A stretch of 64,000 nucleotides of DNA from a virus, in IMG/VR virus record IMGVR_UViG_3300049218_000295, positions 32,001 through 96,000 of that record. One strand, given 5' to 3'. The position numbers were made by a program, and so were the translations under genes. The notes beneath the pieces were generated by a model. It did no database searches, was not told the DNA's origin, and saw nothing but the letters and a program-made list of their open reading frames with translations. Shown one piece after another: positions 9,030 through 19,315 of this stretch; the stretch's first letter is position 1; each line of letters begins with the position of its first letter.

Positions 9030-10730
9030 ATGCTTACTACACCAGTCTTCATTTCAAACTCTGACGGCCCATTTAATGGGAACCAATACATTCTAAATCT
9101 GACGTTCCAAGACGCAACTCGCGCTCAATTTCTCAATATTGGCGACTACCTCCAAGACAGCGCGGGTAACATTTACGACATCATCTCGTTAACTCTTCCT
9201 TTTGTCAACACGAGCGTCTTGACCGTTCGATACGTCAATCACAATACGCTACCAGTAGTTGACACGACTGTTTATGGCTCCGTTGCCTATACGCCCGGTG
9301 AAGTATCGTTGGCACCGCCTTATCAAGCCGTGGGTAGTATTAGTACTGCAAGTCTATACTACGCGCCCTCATATTTGTGGACAGTGGAAGCCTCCTTTAC
9401 CAGTCCTCCTAATCTGCAAAATATTGTGCAAATTGGGGACCAGCTTCTGGACTCTGAGGGGACCGCTTTTAATGTGGAGTATATCGACCCAGTTCTAGGG
9501 TTCTCCAACATGCGAGTTGCGGAAATCATCCGCATCGGCTACCCTCCTGCGACAGGGGCATGTTCTGTCTATCGAGGGTCGGAAGGCCATGGGTTTTTCC
9601 AAGGCTTACCACCCAACCCCCAAGCACTTCTTATTGCTCAAGAGCGAGATATTGCTCGCATCGACACCTTGCTTTCGTATCCAGGCCCACAAGGCACGAC
9701 TGGCGCAGTTGGCGAAACTGGGGTTGGGGCCACCGGCCCACGCGGCAGCATAGGTTTCACTGGCGCACAAGGCTTACAAGGGGTAACTGGACCCGTTGGA
9801 GTTGATGGGACCACAGGCCGTACCGGAATGCAGGGGGCCACCGGTCTCCATGGCCCCACCGGCGGTCACGGGCCGCGAGGGCAACAGGGTGCTACGGGCA
9901 ACGGCGGTTCTCTTGGTTCTACCGGCGTACAAGGTGTTCGAGGCGAAACCGGGGCTCTAGGGCTACGCGGCTCGCGCGGATTCGATGGAATTCAAGGACA
10001 AACTGGTTATCAGGGTGTCACTGGCGTCCGAGGCGAAACCGGATTCCAGGGTGAGCAGGGCTACCAAGGTGATACCGGCCTTCAAGGCTACACTGGGGTC
10101 ATTGGTGCCACGGGCCTCCCCGGAATCCAAGGAAAGCAAGGTCCAACGGGTTATCAGGGCAATACCGGAGCACAGGGCGCGACGGGCGCGCACGGACTTC
10201 GCGGCGAAACTGGTATCCAAGGTGAACAAGGAAACCAGGGCGAACAGGGCATTCAAGGTGTCACCGGTCTCAACGGCACCACCGGATTCCAGGGCGAAAC
10301 TGGGGCACAAGGCGCGACGGGCGTCCGTGGCTATCAGGGCATAACGGGCTATCAAGGAACAACGGGCGTACAGGGTTCGACTGGACCTGGGGCTACTGGT
10401 CTGCGCGGTCCAACCGGACCTCCTGGCGGTCCTCCCGGAGCAACCGGGGTGCCTGGACCATCGGGTACCACTTACACCCCCAAAAAAGAACGTTTCACAC
10501 TGCAATCTTCGGATATCTCAAATCAGTACATTGACCTCTCCGAACTGGTAGTGGCTGAGAGTCTTATTTTTAGTTTCGACGGTTTAATTCAGGACGAGAG
10601 TCTGGAATATACGACAAGTAGTGTTGGTGGTGTGACCAGAGTCACCTTTATTGGAGACCTAGCGACCGGAGGGTTTTCAGCATTGGTGACGGGGGACCTA
10701 GTCTCCTTTCAATATTTGTATTTGGGGTGA
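9030..10730 (+). CDS. collagen-like virion fibre protein
   Basis: About 260 aa of G-X-Y repeats rich in GxT/GxQ between globular domains. Likely start is ATG 9030. Confidence 0.85.
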   Translation: MLTTPVFISNSDGPFNGNQYILNLTFQDATRAQFLNIGDYLQDSAGNIYDIISLTLPFVNTSVLTVRYVNHNTLPVVDTTVYGSVAYTPGEVSLAPPYQAVGSISTASLYYAPSYLWTVEASFTSPPNLQNIVQIGDQLLDSEGTAFNVEYIDPVLGFSNMRVAEIIRIGYPPATGACSVYRGSEGHGFFQGLPPNPQALLIAQERDIARIDTLLSYPGPQGTTGAVGETGVGATGPRGSIGFTGAQGLQGVTGPVGVDGTTGRTGMQGATGLHGPTGGHGPRGQQGATGNGGSLGSTGVQGVRGETGALGLRGSRGFDGIQGQTGYQGVTGVRGETGFQGEQGYQGDTGLQGYTGVIGATGLPGIQGKQGPTGYQGNTGAQGATGAHGLRGETGIQGEQGNQGEQGIQGVTGLNGTTGFQGETGAQGATGVRGYQGITGYQGTTGVQGSTGPGATGLRGPTGPPGGPPGATGVPGPSGTTYTPKKERFTLQSSDISNQYIDLSELVVAESLIFSFDGLIQDESLEYTTSSVGGVTRVTFIGDLATGGFSALVTGDLVSFQYLYLG

Positions 10731-10734
10731 TTAG

Positions 10735-13700
10735 ATGGGCAAGATTCAAGACAAAGATATTAAATCCGCAGCAGACCTTGCCCTCGAAGGTTTTCCAATA
10801 TCCGACCTCCCCAACGATGATAAGATCTACATCGCTTCACTAGGAAAGACTCTCGCCAACGCCATCACCAGCAACGACCTCCTCGGCCCAACCGGTCCTC
10901 AGGGTACTACAGGTGTTGCCGGAGCAACCGGTCTTGTGGGTAGTCAAGGGACAACAGGCATTCAGGGCGTTACGGGCGTAGCGGGCACCGCAGGCTCACA
11001 AGGTAGTACGGGACTTCGGGGAACCACAGGAGTTGCGGGAAACCAAGGCTCCACAGGCGTTGCCGGAGCAACTGGGGTTCAGGGCAACCAAGGCGTTACG
11101 GGTGTAGCGGGCGTTAATGGTGTAACTGGTGTTGCAGGTGTTAACGGGGCTACTGGTGCCCAAGGAACGACCGGACTGACTGGTACTCAGGGTGCGACTG
11201 GCGTAGCGGGTGTTAACGGTGTAACTGGTGTTGCTGGAATTAACGGGGCTACCGGTGTCCAAGGGACCCAGGGCGCGACGGGTATTGCGGGTGTTAACGG
11301 AGTTACTGGAATCGCAGGCGCGACAGGCGTACAGGGTGTTACCGGAATCCGGGGCTATACCGGCATCGAAGGCACCACTGGCGTTGCGGGAAATCAAGGT
11401 TTAACCGGAACCCAGGGTCTACAGGGTTTAACCGGAGTCTCCGGTTCTAACGGAGTCACTGGGGTGCAAGGCGCAACAGGCGTCGCGGGTGCAACCGGGC
11501 GCGACGGCCCAACAGGTTTTCAGGGAGTCACAGGCGTTCAGGGCTCGACCGGCGTTGCCGGAGCCACGGGATACCAGGGCGTAACAGGAATCCAAGGCCA
11601 AACAGGCGTTGCCGGTATGACCGGCGTTCAAGGTATCACTGGTCTTTTTTCGTCAGCAGGCTATACAACCCAAACTCCAACGGTTCAGAAGTTTCTCACT
11701 GCAACTTCGGGAACGTACACGACGCCATCCAACGTCGCCTATATTATCGTTGAAATGGTCGGTGGCGGTGGTGGGGGCGCACCAGGGGGGACTCAATCTG
11801 TAGCTGCAACTTCGGGGGGAACTACAACTTTTGGCACTTCGTTTTTAAGTGCTACTGGTGGTGGCGGTGGTGGTCAGCCTCCTGGAGGTTCGGGAGGAAC
11901 AGTTTCTATTGGCTCTGGGGCCATTATTCTTGCTCAACTAACCGGAGGCCAAGGTTCTGCTGGCTCTTCGGTGGCGTTTTCTGCAGGCGGCGGCGGAGCG
12001 GCCTCTCCTTTTGGCGGTGCGGGTGGTGGCGGTCAAAACAGTGGTGGTGGCTATTACGGGATTGCGAATACTGGTTCAGGTGCGGGTGGTGGTGGAGCAA
12101 CAGCCACAAATCCTTCCGGCGGTGGTGGTGGGGCTGGTGGATATTTAAAAGTTTTAGTGCCAACTCCAGCGACTTATTATTCATACGCTATTGGTGGCGG
12201 CGGCGCATCTGGCACTGGATCGACCTCTGGCGGAGCTGGTGGTTCGGGCGTAATCATTGTTACCGAGTATTACAACCAGACTGTCGCGTCGGGCATCACG
12301 GTTACAGCTTCGACTCCTCCAACTAAGACTATTTACCTGACTGCTGGCGCGACGGGCACTTACACAACTCCTAAGGGCGTACAGTATATCTCTGTTCGGA
12401 TGGTGGGCGGTGGTGGTGGCGGTGCGGGGTCATCAACAGTAGCTGCAAATGGCGGCAGCGGCGGAACAGGTGGAACTTCATCTTTTGGTACAAACCTTCT
12501 AACTGCAAACGGTGGTTCAGGTGGTGGCGGTGGAGGAGCAGGTGGTGGACCTGGCGGCAGCGCATCTTTGGGGACTGGACCCATTGGGATTGGCGTAACT
12601 GGTGGTAACGGCGACAGTGCGTCAACATCAATCAGTGGTTTTTCTCCTGAAAGCGGCGAGGGTGGATCATCCGCTTTGGGTGGTGGCGGTTCAGGCGGTG
12701 CAATCAATTTTGGGGTCGGGGGCTCAGGAAATCCCAATACCGGCGGTGGAGGCGGTGGAGCTGGAGGCGGAAACATTTCAGGCGGCTCTATCGCAGGAAG
12801 TGGAGGTGGCGCAGGTGGGTACATTGAAGCAATTATTTCAAACCCAAGCGCTACATATTCTTACACAGTAGGCGCAGCGGGCACTGCTGGCGCAGCGGGA
12901 ACCAGCGGTAGTGCTGGTGGAATTGGTGGCACCGGACTCATCGAAGTGACTGAGTACTATACGGCTTATGCGACCGGCGGCTTCTCTGCTGGCGGTGCAA
13001 ACGTCCCCACAGTTCAGAAATTCTTAACTGCTACTTCTGGGACCTACACGACACCATCCAACGTCATCTACATTGAGGTGGAGCTGGTGGGCGGTGGTGG
13101 CGGTGGCTCTGGCTCCGGCACAACTGCTGGAGCAGGCGGCACGGGCGGAAATGGTTCTGCTTCTACTTTTGGTACAAGCCTGTTATCTGCAGGCGGCGGA
13201 ACGGGCGGAACTTGGGCGGGCGCGGGTGGCGCAGGGTCTACATCGACAACAATAAACACCCCCGCTATACAAGTAACCGCCGTAGGCGGAGGATCGGGCA
13301 GCGGAGCCGGAAACTCAAGTTCCGTAGCCCAATCAACAACTCCCGGCGCAGGCGGAAGTTCTTTTTTTGGCGGCAACGGCGGCGGCGGCGACCAAGCAAC
13401 GGGTGTCGGACATAGCGCGGCCTCTAACTCTGGTTCAGGCGGCGGCGGCGCTTTAGGCGCTAACCAAGCAAGTGACTACCCTGGATCGGGTGGCGGCGCT
13501 GGTGCCTACGTGAAAGCCGTCATCACCAACCCTTTGTCGTCTTATTCATGGACGGTTGGTTCAGGCGGTGCGGCTGGGACTGCGGGCTCGGCAGGATATG
13601 CAGGCGGCGCGGGTGGCTCTGGTGCGATCATCGTCACTGAATACTATGCAAATGGAACCGTGGGCACAGCAACTAATGTTACTGGGGTTGTAGCTCAAAT

Positions 13701-14172
13701 AAACGGCGGAACTGGGACCACATCACAAGCCGGTGGCATACTAACAGGAACAATAACTACCCAATCGACCGCCGTCACGGCAACAAGTTATACAACCTTC
13801 AGCAACAGTCCTGGGTTCTCGTTCACACCTGTTGTTAGTGGTACATACAAAATTCGTTGCAACGCCACCGTGGATTGCTACAACTCAAGTTCTAGTGGTC
13901 CTACTGGCGTTGTTAGAGTGTACAACACAAGCGGTGGTGCAAGTTTGCTGGCGGAGTCTGCAGGCTGCATTGCAAATACCGGTTTCAGCGGAGCGTCGGC
14001 CTCTCAGCCGACAATACCTATTGAAAGCTGGTACACCCTTACTGCAGGCGTGGCCTACGTATTCGATGTCCAAGGCAAGGCGGTAACAGACATCTATGGA
14101 GGTAGCGGAACACAATTATATCTAAGTGGAGGCGACGCGCCACTCCATATGTTCGCAGAGCGCATCTTATAG
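10735..14172 (+). CDS. collagen-like fibre with three glycine-rich tail-fibre modules
   Basis: GVT/GAT collagen repeat, then three modules of TSGTYTTP..V.YI.V.MVGGGGGG...G.IIVTEYY. Confidence 0.85.
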   Translation: MGKIQDKDIKSAADLALEGFPISDLPNDDKIYIASLGKTLANAITSNDLLGPTGPQGTTGVAGATGLVGSQGTTGIQGVTGVAGTAGSQGSTGLRGTTGVAGNQGSTGVAGATGVQGNQGVTGVAGVNGVTGVAGVNGATGAQGTTGLTGTQGATGVAGVNGVTGVAGINGATGVQGTQGATGIAGVNGVTGIAGATGVQGVTGIRGYTGIEGTTGVAGNQGLTGTQGLQGLTGVSGSNGVTGVQGATGVAGATGRDGPTGFQGVTGVQGSTGVAGATGYQGVTGIQGQTGVAGMTGVQGITGLFSSAGYTTQTPTVQKFLTATSGTYTTPSNVAYIIVEMVGGGGGGAPGGTQSVAATSGGTTTFGTSFLSATGGGGGGQPPGGSGGTVSIGSGAIILAQLTGGQGSAGSSVAFSAGGGGAASPFGGAGGGGQNSGGGYYGIANTGSGAGGGGATATNPSGGGGGAGGYLKVLVPTPATYYSYAIGGGGASGTGSTSGGAGGSGVIIVTEYYNQTVASGITVTASTPPTKTIYLTAGATGTYTTPKGVQYISVRMVGGGGGGAGSSTVAANGGSGGTGGTSSFGTNLLTANGGSGGGGGGAGGGPGGSASLGTGPIGIGVTGGNGDSASTSISGFSPESGEGGSSALGGGGSGGAINFGVGGSGNPNTGGGGGGAGGGNISGGSIAGSGGGAGGYIEAIISNPSATYSYTVGAAGTAGAAGTSGSAGGIGGTGLIEVTEYYTAYATGGFSAGGANVPTVQKFLTATSGTYTTPSNVIYIEVELVGGGGGGSGSGTTAGAGGTGGNGSASTFGTSLLSAGGGTGGTWAGAGGAGSTSTTINTPAIQVTAVGGGSGSGAGNSSSVAQSTTPGAGGSSFFGGNGGGGDQATGVGHSAASNSGSGGGGALGANQASDYPGSGGGAGAYVKAVITNPLSSYSWTVGSGGAAGTAGSAGYAGGAGGSGAIIVTEYYANGTVGTATNVTGVVAQINGGTGTTSQAGGILTGTITTQSTAVTATSYTTFSNSPGFSFTPVVSGTYKIRCNATVDCYNSSSSGPTGVVRVYNTSGGASLLAESAGCIANTGFSGASASQPTIPIESWYTLTAGVAYVFDVQGKAVTDIYGGSGTQLYLSGGDAPLHMFAERIL

Positions 14173-14179
14173 GGCTAGT

Positions 14180-16528
14180 TTAAAGCCACTTTGACCAATG
14201 GTCGTCCCAGACGGACTGCCAATCGATACGTTCAGTACCTGCTAACGCTTGGTCACTGCGGAGCTTGTAGTAGTCTTTATCTACGTGAAGTCGAATAATT
14301 TCTTCCATTAAGGCGATTCGGCCTTCTTTAGTGTAGGGGTGCTCTTTTATGATTTTGCCATAAGGGCCTACCGTCGTTGTTAGGGCACCAACATTGGAGC
14401 AGACGATTGGGGTTGCCGAAAGTTGAGCCTCTTTCGCTGTGATACAGTAAGTTTCGGTGAACAGAGTTGGATAGGCCCAAACATAAGCTTTCTTCCACTC
14501 CTTAGCAAGTTCCGGCTGAGAAACCCTATCATGGAAAACCACTGAATCCCCAGCACCCTCAATCAACTTTTCCATTTCGTTGATTCTGCCTAACTCGTCT
14601 GGGTTATTTCGATGCTTTGCAGCCGAAATCCAGTTGAACATTCCATAGTAAACGTGAAGCTTGATTTCAGGAACATGCTGCTTAAGGAATGGTAAGCAAT
14701 ATAAAAGATTGTCCAATCCTCTGTCTGGCGACGAAGAATAATGAAGCCTGCCGTATTCCTTGACACTTAAATCCATTCTCTCGAAAAGTTCCACGTTGAT
14801 ACCATTTGGTATGATAACAATTTTGCTCTCAGGGAGATTGGGATAGTAACTAAGAAGAAATTGCTTGTGCCACTCGGATAAGGCAATGAAACCGTCCACC
14901 TTCTTCAACAGAAAATCGGAGAACATGTTGTTGGGCTGAACATGACTTAGGGCAAAGATATCATGAATCCAAACTAGGACCTTTTTTGCTCTAAGTTTCT
15001 CTGTAATTGGAGACAGGTTTCTTGAAGCTACAAATAAGTCATAGTACTCTTGGTCCGGTTGAAACTGGTTGAAAGGCCGAAGCATTACGCCGTTTTGTTC
15101 TTGCTCGGCATGCTGACCATACATCGTGACTTGATGACCGTTGGCCACAGCGATTTCGGCCAAACGGCCCGCGCAAGTTTCACTCCCACCGATGCCGGTG
15201 GTCTTGTAAGTATTGAGGTCCCAGGTCTCCCAGGCCGGGCCGGTCCAAATCGCGACCCGCTTGACCCGCTTCTGGTTCCGAATCCACTTCTTTTGTAGAA
15301 GAGAATTATTATGCTGATCTTCGACCAGGTGCAAATTGGGGTCTTGGTCCTGCGCGAACTTGCGTGTTCTTCCTCCGAAATGGAAAATGAACGCTGAACG
15401 CGTCCAGAAAGTTTGGACTCCGAGGGATTGGGCGCGATAGGAATAGTCCGCGTCCTCGCCACCATTACTGAAATCCTCAGCCAAGAAGCCAATTTTTTCA
15501 AAAACAGACTTCGGCATCATGGTGCCGTACATCGCACAAAAGGGAACTTGGATAAGAGTACGGTCCGAACTTGGAGTGTACTCACGCAGCAACGTGAGTT
15601 CGCCTGGTGAAAATTGCTCAAGTGCCATTCCGGGGTGCAGTGGATGTGCACCTACTGCTAATGAGTCACGGTGCAACCAACCTTGGTCACAGTTCGAGTA
15701 AGGATTGAGGATAATTTCGTTGTCACCAACGAGTTGAACCATATTGCTTAAGGCATGTTTCGAGACAATCGTATCATCGTTCAACAGCAAAATGTGGGTG
15801 GTTGAAGCGTGGAGCATTTTCAGACCAACATTATTGGCTGCGGAGAAGGAGAGACGATGCGGGCTGTGGTGGATGCGAAGGTTTGGGTGTCTTTCGGTCA
15901 ATTCTCGAACCGCGTGACTGTGGCGAAGGTCAGTATGGGCGCTCGAAACGATTAAAACATTCCGGGACGGGCCTTCGGCAAGTAAAGCTGATTCCGCCGC
16001 ATGAACCACATAATCTACTCGTTCAGAATAATGGGGAATAATGATTTGCAGGAAGTGCTCATCAACCTGAACTGCTGAGATGAAGTGGTTTACCAAGTCC
16101 CGAGGATGCAAATATTTGTTGACAACATCTCGGCCCTCTTTGCCCAGTCTTTGACGAAGCTGAGGGTCATTTTTGAGGGCGAGAGCATGTTCTAGCCAAT
16201 CCGACCGGTCCGAAACTACCAAAGCGTTCTCACCATGACGAGCATATTTGAGATATGCAGGTAACGGGGCCACAATACAAGCCTTGCCTCGACTCCAAGC
16301 TTGACCGAGGCGGTTGACACTCTTGGACGGCTGCATCTCCACTCGTGCTGGGAGAATAATGGCGTCCATACTATCGATGAAAGGTATGAGGCCGTTTACA
16401 CTAAATTTCACGTCGGCATTTGGATGCTCATGGCAAGTGAAGAGCTTGATACCATTCAGCTCGAACTCGTCACGAAATTGGTCCGCCTGCCAAGCGTTAC
16501 CACCATAACCAAACCACCCGCAGCGCAT
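14180..16528 (-). CDS. multidomain glycosyltransferase (GT-B C-half + GT2 + GT4-like)
   Basis: N-terminal GWFG...KSVNRL...LRQRLG; GT2 IIIPHY...LLLNDD...GEDADY; GT4-like IGGSE...YSSSPDRGL...ETYCITAKEA. Confidence 0.88.
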   Translation of the reverse strand: MRCGWFGYGGNAWQADQFRDEFELNGIKLFTCHEHPNADVKFSVNGLIPFIDSMDAIILPARVEMQPSKSVNRLGQAWSRGKACIVAPLPAYLKYARHGENALVVSDRSDWLEHALALKNDPQLRQRLGKEGRDVVNKYLHPRDLVNHFISAVQVDEHFLQIIIPHYSERVDYVVHAAESALLAEGPSRNVLIVSSAHTDLRHSHAVRELTERHPNLRIHHSPHRLSFSAANNVGLKMLHASTTHILLLNDDTIVSKHALSNMVQLVGDNEIILNPYSNCDQGWLHRDSLAVGAHPLHPGMALEQFSPGELTLLREYTPSSDRTLIQVPFCAMYGTMMPKSVFEKIGFLAEDFSNGGEDADYSYRAQSLGVQTFWTRSAFIFHFGGRTRKFAQDQDPNLHLVEDQHNNSLLQKKWIRNQKRVKRVAIWTGPAWETWDLNTYKTTGIGGSETCAGRLAEIAVANGHQVTMYGQHAEQEQNGVMLRPFNQFQPDQEYYDLFVASRNLSPITEKLRAKKVLVWIHDIFALSHVQPNNMFSDFLLKKVDGFIALSEWHKQFLLSYYPNLPESKIVIIPNGINVELFERMDLSVKEYGRLHYSSSPDRGLDNLLYCLPFLKQHVPEIKLHVYYGMFNWISAAKHRNNPDELGRINEMEKLIEGAGDSVVFHDRVSQPELAKEWKKAYVWAYPTLFTETYCITAKEAQLSATPIVCSNVGALTTTVGPYGKIIKEHPYTKEGRIALMEEIIRLHVDKDYYKLRSDQALAGTERIDWQSVWDDHWSKWL

Positions 16529-16662
16529 TATTTAGTCCCCCATGGAGCTTTGCCATGCTCTCTTATGTATGCTTCTCTATAGGCTAATTTTGCTTGTTCT
16601 GAAGTATCAAAATATCCTAAATGGTCTACTTGACGGAACAAGTAATTCAGAATCTCTTTCAT
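16528..16662 (-). CDS. 44-aa AP2-domain remnant (HNH-AP2 endonuclease fragment)
   Basis: Manual translation MKEILNYLFRQVDHLGYFDTSEQAKLAYREAYIREHGKAPWGTK matches the AP2 tail LGxFxTxEEAxxAY..A...HG. ATGA and TAATG overlaps couple it to both neighbours. Confidence 0.65.
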   Translation of the reverse strand: MKEILNYLFRQVDHLGYFDTSEQAKLAYREAYIREHGKAPWGTK

Positions 16663-18533
16663 AGCCATTCCTCAGCAGTAAATTCAAAGTGGTCTTCGAG
16701 CACCACAGTCCGCTTTTGTGGATAAAGCTTCTGAAGGTGACTTTGTAAGGATTCGGTGCAAACTGTAATAACATCCGCGTACTGAACTCCTTTGTGCTCG
16801 TAGTATTCCCGAGGAAGCTCCTCACAAAGGTCCAGAATTTTCACTTTACCACGGTCGGTCCGACTCAGATAGGGACTAAAGTAGTAGTCCGTCTGGTCTG
16901 GGTCTTCTCCAACTTGAACCACATTGCCGACCACGACCCTGAAGCCTGCCTTAATGGCCGAAAGTTCTAGGTTTCGCTGACGAATACGGTAAGGGCCAAA
17001 AGTGGCATCACCTTCTGCGATTCGAATTTGGGGCTTGGTAGGGTAGGGCTTAACAAAATTGTTAACTTCCTGTCCGTTGTATTTTGCAGGTCCCAAGTAT
17101 TGAATTCCATGAACTATCAAGTCTTCGGCTTTGTTGCTGACTACCCAGACAAAACCACCTGGCTTTACAAAGTTTACCAGCGCTTTGGGATTACCACTAA
17201 CCACTATACCATCAAGGCTCTCAGGATCTAAATTGATGGTGGAGGCGTCATCGACTCTAGTGGAGTCATTGCGCAGCTTCGTGCCACATTCAAGGACTTT
17301 GAGACCACCTTTAGGCTCCACTTTGACTTTAGGGCGTAAACTCTCGAACCAACGGAGGGTGTCGGAGTCCGTAGGGAGTAAGTCTATGACCTTCTGACCC
17401 CATTCGACTGCTTTCTTGATGTCCCCCATTGCCTGATAGCACTCGGCAATCCGACGAGAGGGGTTCCAAGTGTAATATTCCAGACTCAAAACCCGTGGTG
17501 GCGGTGGTGGGGTATCAATGCAGCGTTGGTACCATTTAATTGCGACTTCGAAGTTGTGCAGGTCCTGTTCAACCTTACCCCAGAGCCAATAAGCCTCGGC
17601 CCGTTTGCGAGTAGAGTCAAGATGATAAATCTCCTCTGCCATTCGGACCGCCTCGCGGTGGCGTCCACGAACTTCGTAAGCCTTGCCTAGACGGAAACGA
17701 GCATTGACTTCATCATCATACCAGCGTCCGGGCAAAGTGAGATAGCGTTCGAGGACTTCGATGCCCCTGTCATCAACCATATCGAATAACTCTTTGCCAT
17801 AATAATAGCAAATGCGGGGGTCATTGGGATTCTTGTCGAATTCTTTGGCCAAAATCGTGACATTTCGTCGCGGGTCGATGACTTTACCACTTCGATTGTG
17901 GATCACCTTGAGGTCTTTGTAGTCTCGCTGGCGCATACAGGCGATGTCCACGGTCTCATGCACAGAGCCAATCCAGCGCGGCCCTGTAGAGCGCCTAATA
18001 AAGCGCTCTCGGCCTAACGTCGTTTGAGGGCTGCCATCGGAGAAGCGACTGTAGATGTAATCGAGAAGCCAAGCATCGACGTTGGGGTTATCGAGGAAAT
18101 TGTCCTTAAATTTACGGAGTTCAGCCGGATCAATTTGGTCGTCGCCGTCCAACCAAAAATAGAACGCAGTACCTGGTTTTGCTAATGAAAATGAAAAGTT
18201 CCTGGCTTCTGAAAAATTGTCGACCCACTTAAAATGGTCAATTCTAAGGTTGCTATACTCTTTTTGCAGGCCTTGAAGCACGCTTAAAGTGCCATCAGTG
18301 GACCCAGTGTCCACAACCACAACGTCCTCTATGATAGGACAGACCTGGTGCATGAGAGTTTTTATATTCGCAGCCTCATTTCTGACTATCATGCATAAAG
18401 AAACTGTGTTACCACCGTTTGCAGCATTACCTATAACCACGTTGTTGCTGCCAGAAACGCTTCTGCCGTTCCCAATAACCACATTGTTGTTTCCGGAGAC
18501 AGTCGAATCCCCAATAACCACATTGTTATTCAT
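16659..18533 (-). CDS. GT2 glycosyltransferase with TPR repeats and C-terminal GT-B N-half
   Basis: SLCMIVRNEA, DTGSTDGT, FSEARN, WLDGDD, VHE, then TPR helices; C-terminal LDLCE...ADVITVCTESL...LEDHFE. Confidence 0.9.
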   Translation of the reverse strand: MNNNVVIGDSTVSGNNNVVIGNGRSVSGSNNVVIGNAANGGNTVSLCMIVRNEAANIKTLMHQVCPIIEDVVVVDTGSTDGTLSVLQGLQKEYSNLRIDHFKWVDNFSEARNFSFSLAKPGTAFYFWLDGDDQIDPAELRKFKDNFLDNPNVDAWLLDYIYSRFSDGSPQTTLGRERFIRRSTGPRWIGSVHETVDIACMRQRDYKDLKVIHNRSGKVIDPRRNVTILAKEFDKNPNDPRICYYYGKELFDMVDDRGIEVLERYLTLPGRWYDDEVNARFRLGKAYEVRGRHREAVRMAEEIYHLDSTRKRAEAYWLWGKVEQDLHNFEVAIKWYQRCIDTPPPPPRVLSLEYYTWNPSRRIAECYQAMGDIKKAVEWGQKVIDLLPTDSDTLRWFESLRPKVKVEPKGGLKVLECGTKLRNDSTRVDDASTINLDPESLDGIVVSGNPKALVNFVKPGGFVWVVSNKAEDLIVHGIQYLGPAKYNGQEVNNFVKPYPTKPQIRIAEGDATFGPYRIRQRNLELSAIKAGFRVVVGNVVQVGEDPDQTDYYFSPYLSRTDRGKVKILDLCEELPREYYEHKGVQYADVITVCTESLQSHLQKLYPQKRTVVLEDHFEFTAEEWL

Positions 18534-19308
18534 GCGCCCACTCCCGTCCCAATAGTTTGATGCATAGAACTACGCCCTCTGGTGTGGCTTTGTTGGACTT
18601 CGTAGCATTTGCTTCTTTGGTGATTAGGCGGAGATTGCGGTAGGTTTGGAGTTTGAGAACTTCTTCTGCATTTTGGGCTTGGGAAACTGGTACAATGTGG
18701 TCAATGGAAAGGATTTGAGGGTTGTAACTGATAGTGCCGTTATTGGTAAGGTGGTTCCAAAGAGTGGGATAGTCACATCCAATAATGTCGACCAGACTGG
18801 ATTCCTTAGGGATGCGCCCCTTTTCGAAAACAAGTCGCACTCTTCTCTTAATGTTTTTCTTGAAGCGCAGAAAGGGGTCTTGCTGAACAAGCGACCTGCG
18901 GTATTTGACATGGCAATCCTTGCAATAAACCGCCAGACCGTCCGGTCTGGCGCTATTCTTGTGAAAGTAGAAAGAGTTCCTGTCGCGGTTGCATTTGGTA
19001 CACAGCTTGGTTCCCGGTTCTGTCTGGCCAGCTCTCGACCTAGACTGTTCTAGGGCACAGGTCCTGCAGGTACCTGTTCGTACCTCTGCGACTGGCTTTT
19101 TGGACCGGCACACTGCGCACCAATCGAACCCGGCGGCCCTGAGTGATGCGCGTTCCATTGGAGTAAGTCTTTGTCTCGCGGGCTTGAAAGAAGACAATGA
19201 GACGTATTCTGCCAAGTACAACCACTGACCGCATTCTTTGCAGTTCTTGGAGATTTTGGTAGAAGCGACAGTCTTCTCGCAGTTGTTGCAGTAGGCTATT
19301 CTGCTCAT
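18526..19308 (-). CDS. free-standing HNH homing endonuclease with N-terminal zinc fingers
   Basis: Multiple CxxC pairs, DGLAVYCKDC, IDHIVPVS...NLRLI...ANATK. Paralogous to 6650..7174. Confidence 0.82.
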   Translation of the reverse strand: MSRIAYCNNCEKTVASTKISKNCKECGQWLYLAEYVSLSSFKPARQRLTPMERASLRAAGFDWCAVCRSKKPVAEVRTGTCRTCALEQSRSRAGQTEPGTKLCTKCNRDRNSFYFHKNSARPDGLAVYCKDCHVKYRRSLVQQDPFLRFKKNIKRRVRLVFEKGRIPKESSLVDIIGCDYPTLWNHLTNNGTISYNPQILSIDHIVPVSQAQNAEEVLKLQTYRNLRLITKEANATKSNKATPEGVVLCIKLLGREWAHE

Positions 19309-19315
19309 CTACATT

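Noticed and set aside
9690-11640. Periodic 9/18-nt repeats that could look like a CRISPR array or satellite
   Set aside because: They are degenerate codon-level repeats of collagen G-X-Y inside long ORFs, with no constant repeat-spacer structure.
12360-13376. Pro-rich minus-strand ORFs and other short antisense ORFs in the track
   Set aside because: They are shadows of Gly-rich or otherwise well-supported genes on the opposite strand.
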